64,000 nt of DNA, from assembly GCA_033442325.1 (NCBI GenBank), contig JAWQFM010000015.1, positions 599,983 to 663,982 of the forward strand, in the 5' to 3' direction. The stretch's first letter is position 1. The number at the start of each line of letters is the position of its first letter. Below the pieces are notes generated by a model. The model did no database searches and was not told where the DNA came from. It saw only the letters and a program-made list of their open reading frames with translations. Positions 57,550 through 64,000 of the stretch are shown here, in pieces. A program made the translations under genes and the position numbers. The DNA comes from Salpingoeca rosetta. Its lineage: Eukaryota > Protista > Choanoflagellata.

Positions 57550-59090
57550 CGTGTGTGTTCGTGTTGTGCTTCGTTTTTGACCGTCATATCATGAACGCCA
57601 CCTCATTCTCGCCGCAAAACACCGACACCACCCCACCCCCATCACCATCACCACCACCTCGAACAGCAACGGAACGAGGATGTGCACAAGCTCGTGGTGT
57701 GCATTCGCGATCTCCAATCCCACGTGCGTATCCACCACAAGTTGTGATGGCGTGATGTGACGTGACATACCGTGCGTTGACAGTCAATCAATCACCCACA
57801 CTAATTTCATACGCAATGACCCCCACCACCATCATGACACCACCACGAACAGGTTGAGGATCAGTTTCAGCTGCACATGCCGGAGTTTGACCGCGTGGAG
57901 AAGCGCCTGGAAAAGTCCAGGAAGCAGCTCAAGCAGGTGCGCCCAAGGAATGCTTGTTCGTGTGGTTGGTTTTTTTTTTTTTGTTTTTTTTTTTGTTTGT
58001 TTGTTTGTGTTTTGTTTGTTTGTGTGTTTTGTTTGTTTGTTTGTTTGTTTGTTTGTTTGTCTGTGTATGTGCGTTAATGCATTTGCGTCTGCCTCTGTTC
58101 TTCTGGGAGACACCCAACCTTTGGAGCCCGTGGAGTTGCCCCTGCTGTGGCGTGTGCACACGTGTGCATCTCCCATTGCCAATTGCATCCACGTGTACTG
58201 TCTCATCTGCACCACCTCGTGCCTTTTTAATTGCTCCACACAGCACGTTGATTCGCTGCACGACTCGCTCAAGGCAACCTTGGATGAGAACGCCGAAACC
58301 CTCAAGCAGCTCAGCCAGCAGGTACCGGTCTCTGTCTGTTGTATCTCGAGCCAACAAGCAACAGGCACAAACACATTCACACACACATAGACATACATAC
58401 ATACTCACTCACTCGCACGCGTACACTCACATTCACATTCACACACACTCACATTCACACACACATACGCACACACATACACACATCCGCACGTGTTCAC
58501 ACGGCAGGTTAAACAGATGAAAGACTCGACCGATAAGTTCCTGACGTCCATGCGCGAATCGCAACAGCGCGTTGACGCAATCCTCGATGCAACGAAGCGG
58601 GATGGTGGCGATGGTGATGGTGATGGTGATGGTGGTGAGGAGGCAAAGGCTGCTGCGGTGGCGCAGGTCCGCGTGCTCATGTATCTGCCACAGCCTTTGT
58701 TGCGACGACTTCCAGAGGCCTACCGCACCCCAGCAGCCGTCCTAATTGGTGCGCCGTGATGATGTGCTGTTTGCTTGCTATGGTTGTTTGCTTGCTTGTG
58801 TGTTTTTGTGTGTTTGTTTATGTGTGCACATGTGTTTTAACGTGTGCATATGTGTGTCTGTGTTTGTGTCTGTGTGTGTGTGTGTGTCCGTGCCTTTGTC
58901 TGTGTGTGTGTGTCTGCTTTCGCATTTCGTACTTGCTTTTCACGCTGTGGATATTGTATTCATTGCGCCGTCCTCACCACTCTGTATCCCCCACCACAAC
59001 ACACACACATGCACACAAACAATCGCAGTCGCGGTGGGCGTTGCGCTGTTGCTCTGGTGTTTCCGATGGGTGCTGTCTCTCGTGTTTTAA
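51122..59090 (+). CDS. Large, mostly disordered protein with two coiled-coil regions and a C-terminal transmembrane anchor; family not recognised
   Basis: ORFs 51122-52893 and 54495-56732 are joined in frame by small exons (~53168-53205, ~53428-53503, 53705-53768, 54021-54030, 54345-54396). Later exons give heptad-rich [51 protein letters not shown] and end [26 protein letters not shown]. Confidence 0.7.
56768..56900. repeat. (GTAT)n tetranucleotide tract just downstream of a 5' splice site
   Basis: Directly visible. Confidence 0.92.
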
Positions 59091-59641
59091 CCGAAACACA
59101 CATTGCTCTTGCGAACACACACCTCCACACACATACAGATACACACATACACACGCACCCATCCATACTTTTTGTGGTGATTTGCTTATCAGTCCTTACA
59201 TGACATGACTTACACAACGTAGACTCGAGGGTGTAAAGTAGACCGCTCATCAATTAATCTGATGGCATGTTGTTGTGCTCAGCTGATCAGGGACTAGGGA
59301 TACAGAGATGATTTGAAAAGCACACACACACACACACACACACCCTTCCACTAAATCCATCTGTGAGTTGCAAAGGAAGTTGTGTATTACAGCAGCAACA
59401 GCAAGCGCAACGTGACATGAACACGAACAGCAAGCAACAGCACAAACACGAGCCAGCAGCGTCCTGAGCATGCTGCCGACAGCAACGACATCAATCTGGG
59501 CACGGCGGTTGAAAAGCAACACGCCAACACGCTCACGAGGGAACAGAATGAAGTGGAGACAAGTAAGGGCTCACAAGACACACACACACACACACACACA
59601 AGTGCACGAAACACGACACACACACGCGCGCGCGCTCTCTC

Positions 59642-59728
<87 letters not shown>

Positions 59729-59986
59729 CCTAAAACCATTCAAGATGAACAAGGTCGCAGTAAGGTGGAGAAGCGGTGACAAGCAGACGCGGGGGAGGGG
59801 TCAAATTAACAGGAAGTGGGGTGTGGTCGGAGGAAACGAAGGTCAACTTGTGTGTACTTCAGCACGGAATGGTCCATGGAATGACAGCGACATCATCGGG
59901 ATCGTTGATGGGTGGATGGCTGGTCCTTGAAGGTGGTCGTTGATGGTGGTTGTTGATGGTGGTTGTTGGTGTTACATTCGTTGCAT

Positions 59987-60585
59987 TCAGCAGATGACGT
60001 CGGCGCCGTCGTTGACACAGACGTCCTTTGCCTTCAGCGACGGTGCGACGAGCGGGTTGATTTGCGAAAGGTATGCACAGAGCCAGAACAGCCACAAGCA
60101 CAACGCTGTTGTCACCCACATGGTCTGAACAAGCCTGCAGAGGAGGAAAGCAGTCCAAGGATGGAAATATGGCAATGTGGGTGAGATATCAGCGTGGCAG
60201 CTCATGCATGATCACACGCGTGATCAAGTCACACTCACCAGCAACCACGTGCGCAAACGCACACCCGTGTGTACACATGCACGCGTGTATCACCTGCACA
60301 CGTGCTTCCGCACAAACAAACAAACACACACACACACGTTCACACACGTTCACACATCATGCATATGCTTGCACCCAAAGCAACATAGCCACATCTTCCT
60401 TCTTTCCACACACACACACACACGCACGCACACGCATACACATATCGTGGTCGCTGTGGGCGCTCACACCACGCCAAACGCAAATGCACGCACCCTCTGT
60501 CTTTGCTGTTGCGTCCTGCAATGAAGAAGCCAAACAACGCCACAACGGCGAAGAAGATGGTCACAACAATCACGGGAAGAGACAT
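59987..60585 (-). CDS. ATP6V0E: V-type ATPase V0 subunit e (VMA9/ATP6V0E)
   Basis: Exons 60585-60494 and 60134-59987 give MSLPVIVVTIFFAVVALFGFFIAGRNSKDRGLVQTMWVTTALCLWLFWLCAYLSQINPLVAP..., with two TM helices and the QxNPLxxP signature. Confidence 0.92.
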
Positions 60586-60858
60586 GGTGCTGGTTGCCTT
60601 GATACACTGCTTGTGGTCTCTTTCTTCACGGTACAAAAACGAGGAGGATGATGATGCGGATGATAATATGGGCTTGTGGTTGTGGTTGTGGTTGTGGTTG
60701 GTGGTTGGAGGTGGTTTGCCTTCTTGTGCTCGCGTCTTCTGCTGTCTGCTTGGTCTTCGCCGCTCCAAATGAAGGTTGGGAGGATTTGAAGAAGATTTCA
60801 TATAATTATCGACAACTGCTGAGTCAGCAGGACGAGGAGAAAACGAACAACCAAAGAG

Positions 60859-61341
60859 ATGATGACGATGACGAGAGTGGCTGCGAGGTGCACCAGCAGC
60901 AGCAGACATGTGAGGAGTGCTGTTGTCGCCCGTCTTGGCGCTGGCGCTGGCGCTGGTGCTGGTACTCGCAAACTATTTGGGTGCTGGCGCTCGCTGAGTG
61001 TGGCGGCGACTGCCGGCGCCAAACAGCGCCAGCAGCGATGGTTGTCTGTGAATGCGAGTGAGGCGCAGGTGGTGGCGCTTGGCGACAGCCGCAGCGTGCT
61101 GCAAGTGGATGGTGCCGACGGTGCCGAGTTCCTGCAGGGGATGCTGACGAATGACGTGGTGGAGATGGAGGACAAGGACGTGCGATTCTCAATGCTCTTG
61201 AACCCGAAAGGTCGGGTCCTTGTGGATGCTTTTGTACATCGCATCTCCCCAGAGCGGTTTTATCTGGACCTTCCACGTCCACTCATCCGCAGCGTCGCCG
61301 ACTACTTTACCCGCTTTCGCCTTCGTTCCCAAGTGTGTGTG

Positions 61342-61378
<37 letters not shown>

Positions 61379-62573
61379 ACGTGTGTATATATGTATTTGT
61401 GAATGTGTGTCAGGGGTGTGCATATGTACATACATGCATGTGTGTGTGCACGTGTTCTTGCGTCACTCTGCGTGTGAACGCTGCTGCGTCGAATCTCCGC
61501 CATGGGCTCACTTCATGCTCCCGGCCCCGCCTCGTCCGCCTCGTCCACCATACTCAATTACAGGTGGAGTTCAGGGACGTGTCGGATACCGTCGACAGTG
61601 TTGTTGGGATGAATGTCGATGAGAACAGCCTAAAGCAGCTCACCGCTAACTTTGACGTGCTCAACTTCCAGCCAGACCCGAGGATACACCAGACGTAAGC
61701 CTGCAGGCATGAACACATGATTGCCTGCACACAAACACACACACACATGCACACACGGCAACACACTATGTTGGCTATGATTGACACTTGGACCCATTCC
61801 CATACACGCGCTGTCCAAATCATCGCCGCCACCTTCTTCCTGCAATTCAGAGAACCGTACTGCCGCAGCCTGTGGCGTGGCGTGTGTACACGGCCTTCTA
61901 CCGACAGCGACAGCGACGACAACGCTGCCCACGATGAGCACACGTATCAGCAGCTTCGCATCTCAATGGGGTTCGGTCAGTACCTTTACAGCGCGCGCGT
62001 GCATGCGTGCGCGTGTTTGTTTGTTTGTTTGTTTGTTTGTTTGTTTGTTTGTTTGCTTGTGCGTGTGTGTGTTCATGCATGTGCGTGCTTTCCCTATGTG
62101 CGTGCTGCGCCTATCTTCCACTCACACATGTGCACGGGTGCGCCCTCGAATCGTGTTTCAGGTGAGGGCCCTGTCGACCACCAGCCAAAGAAGTCGCTTC
62201 CTCTGCAGTGCAACCTCGACTATCTCCACGGAGGTTGGTGGCGGCATCCGCACGAACACCAGCAGTCTGATGTGCGCTTGTGGTGTGGGGGGGGGTGACT
62301 TTGGGCTGTGGGTGGGTCTGCGGGTGGGTCTGTGTGGGTATTTGTGTTTGTGACGTATTCCCATCGTTTCAGACAAGACGCACGAGTGCACACAGCCATT
62401 CATTCCTCACGGAGTGGTATTCTGCCATGGCAGTATCATGGACAAAAGGGTGCTACATTGGGCAGGAGCTGACGGCGCGCACGCACCACATGGGCATGAC
62501 GCGGAAACGCCTCATGCCCATCACCCTCCACGCGCCAACCACGTGCGCACTTGTATTGTGTGTGTCTGTGTGT

Positions 62574-62653
<80 letters not shown>

Positions 62654-63218
62654 GTCTGTGTCTGTCTGTCTGTGTCTGTGTCTGTCTGTCTGTGTGTGTG
62701 TGTGTGTCTTTCATGTCTCCGTGTGTCTGATCGTATGCACATGTGTGTCTCACACCACGTACGACGACAGCCTTCTTACTTCTTTCTTCGTTCTGTCCGT
62801 TGCCAGGGTTGCGCCAGGGAGCAAGGTCATCAACACAGAGACTGGAAAGGCAGTGGGCGATGTCAGATCACAGGTCTGTGGTGCATGCATGCATATGTGT
62901 GTGTCTGCGTCTGTGTGTGTGTGTGTGTGTGTGTGTGTCTGTGTGTGTCTGTGTGTGTGTGTGTGTGTGTCTGTGTGTGTCTGTATGTGTCTGTGTGTGT
63001 CTGTGTGCCTTTTTCCTCTATTCCATCCACGCTTTCCTGCTCACCCCAACCACCACCACCACCACCACCACCACCAGGCTGGTGTGCATGCGCTGGCGAT
63101 GATTCGTCTTGAGCCCGCAAAAGGCGCACAGCTGGCTGTTGTCCCACAGGATGGTGATGAGCCTGGTGACATGTGCCCCGTGTCGTTACACTGGCCAAAG
63201 TGGTGGCCGGAACAGTGA
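60859..63218 (+). CDS. IBA57: Mitochondrial Fe-S maturation factor IBA57 (YgfZ/CAF17 family)
   Basis: Arg/Ser/Ala-rich presequence, [44 protein letters not shown], signature [29 protein letters not shown], and a PKWWP end. Confidence 0.93.
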
Positions 63219-63767
63219 GTGGAAGGAGGGAAGTAAACGCCACTCGCATACACGCGCGCAAGTCAAGTATGAGTCAAGCACAACAGAACTCGGCATTTTT
63301 GTAAGCAACGAGCTGTGAGATGATGGTAAACACATTGCACGACCGCACAAGCGCAAGAGTGTGAGCGCCCTGCACACGCAAGCAACACCACAGATACACA
63401 CAACACACCACAGAAAAACACATACACACACAACACGCACAACTCGACGACCACTCACACAACACGACGACCACAACAACAACACGACCACAACCACAAC
63501 TCGACGACGAATTTTGTTGACAACGGAATGACTTGTCGTCAAGTTGTTGTGTCAGCGCCACCCTGCCGCTGGCGTTGGTGTTGGGAGTGGGGAGAGATGT
63601 CTTCGCTGCGCTTGTTCATTTTCCCCAAGCTCGCCGTCCCTCTCAAGCAGTCCAGCCAAGCAGTCAAGTGAACCGTCGACATACACTCAACCCCTTTCCC
63701 TCTCCGCATCCGACACACCGCCTTTCCTGCTATCGCCTCCTCCCCCCCCCCCCATCCACCGCTCGTC

Positions 63768-63881
63768 ATGGCCAACGCACGCGCTCTCCTCAACGAGTTC
63801 TCCACCAAGACTGGGCACGCCGTCGACACCCAGTGGGGCGACCATGCTGGACCATCCCATATGCCCACCTTCACCTGCACG
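63768..63881 (+). CDS. First exon of a double-stranded-RNA-binding-domain (dsRBD) protein; continues beyond the window
   Basis: MANARALLNEFSTKTGHAVDTQWGDHAGPSHMPTFTCT followed by a GTATGT donor. LxE and GPxHxPxF are dsRBD hallmarks. Confidence 0.75.
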
Positions 63882-63886
63882 GTATG

Positions 63887-63963
<77 letters not shown>

Positions 63964-64000
63964 AGTGTGTCTGTGAGTGAGTACACCTGTGAGAGAGTGA

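Overview
This is intron-rich, GC-rich eukaryotic DNA saturated with (CA)n/(GT)n microsatellites. Composition, intron style and gene content suggest a choanoflagellate, probably Salpingoeca rosetta (inference). Most ORFs in the six-frame track are microsatellite noise. Manual splicing gives about 16 protein genes: a Rubicon-homology (DEF8/PLEKHM1-like) gene cut at the left edge, a GH33 sialidase, a secreted Cys-repeat/LamG-like protein with a Ser-Gly tail, CNOT2, KIFBP, an IQGAP-like gene with a 9x117-bp IQ array and an inserted SAM domain, hnRNP L, METTL25-like, MRPS21, YTHDF, two paralogous secreted 7-blade propeller genes, a divergent choline/carnitine acyltransferase, a large tail-anchored coiled-coil protein, V-ATPase subunit e, IBA57 and the start of a dsRBD gene. 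There are also two identical tRNA-His(GUG) genes. Four observations stand out. (1) A 6.7-kb cassette of intron-free ORFs is bounded by ~0.75-0.8-kb inverted repeats, each made of tRNA-His plus the constant 5' part of a propeller gene, around the acyltransferase; it interrupts an otherwise alternating gene order. (2) Microsatellites show a sense-strand polarity, (GU)n after exons and (CA)n before them, and the CA-binding factor hnRNP L is in the window with a candidate poison exon. (3) The secreted Cys-repeat protein is a candidate glycosaminoglycan core protein, head-to-head with the sialidase. (4) The IQGAP-like protein has an unusual domain architecture. All exon boundaries were read by eye and need RNA-seq confirmation.
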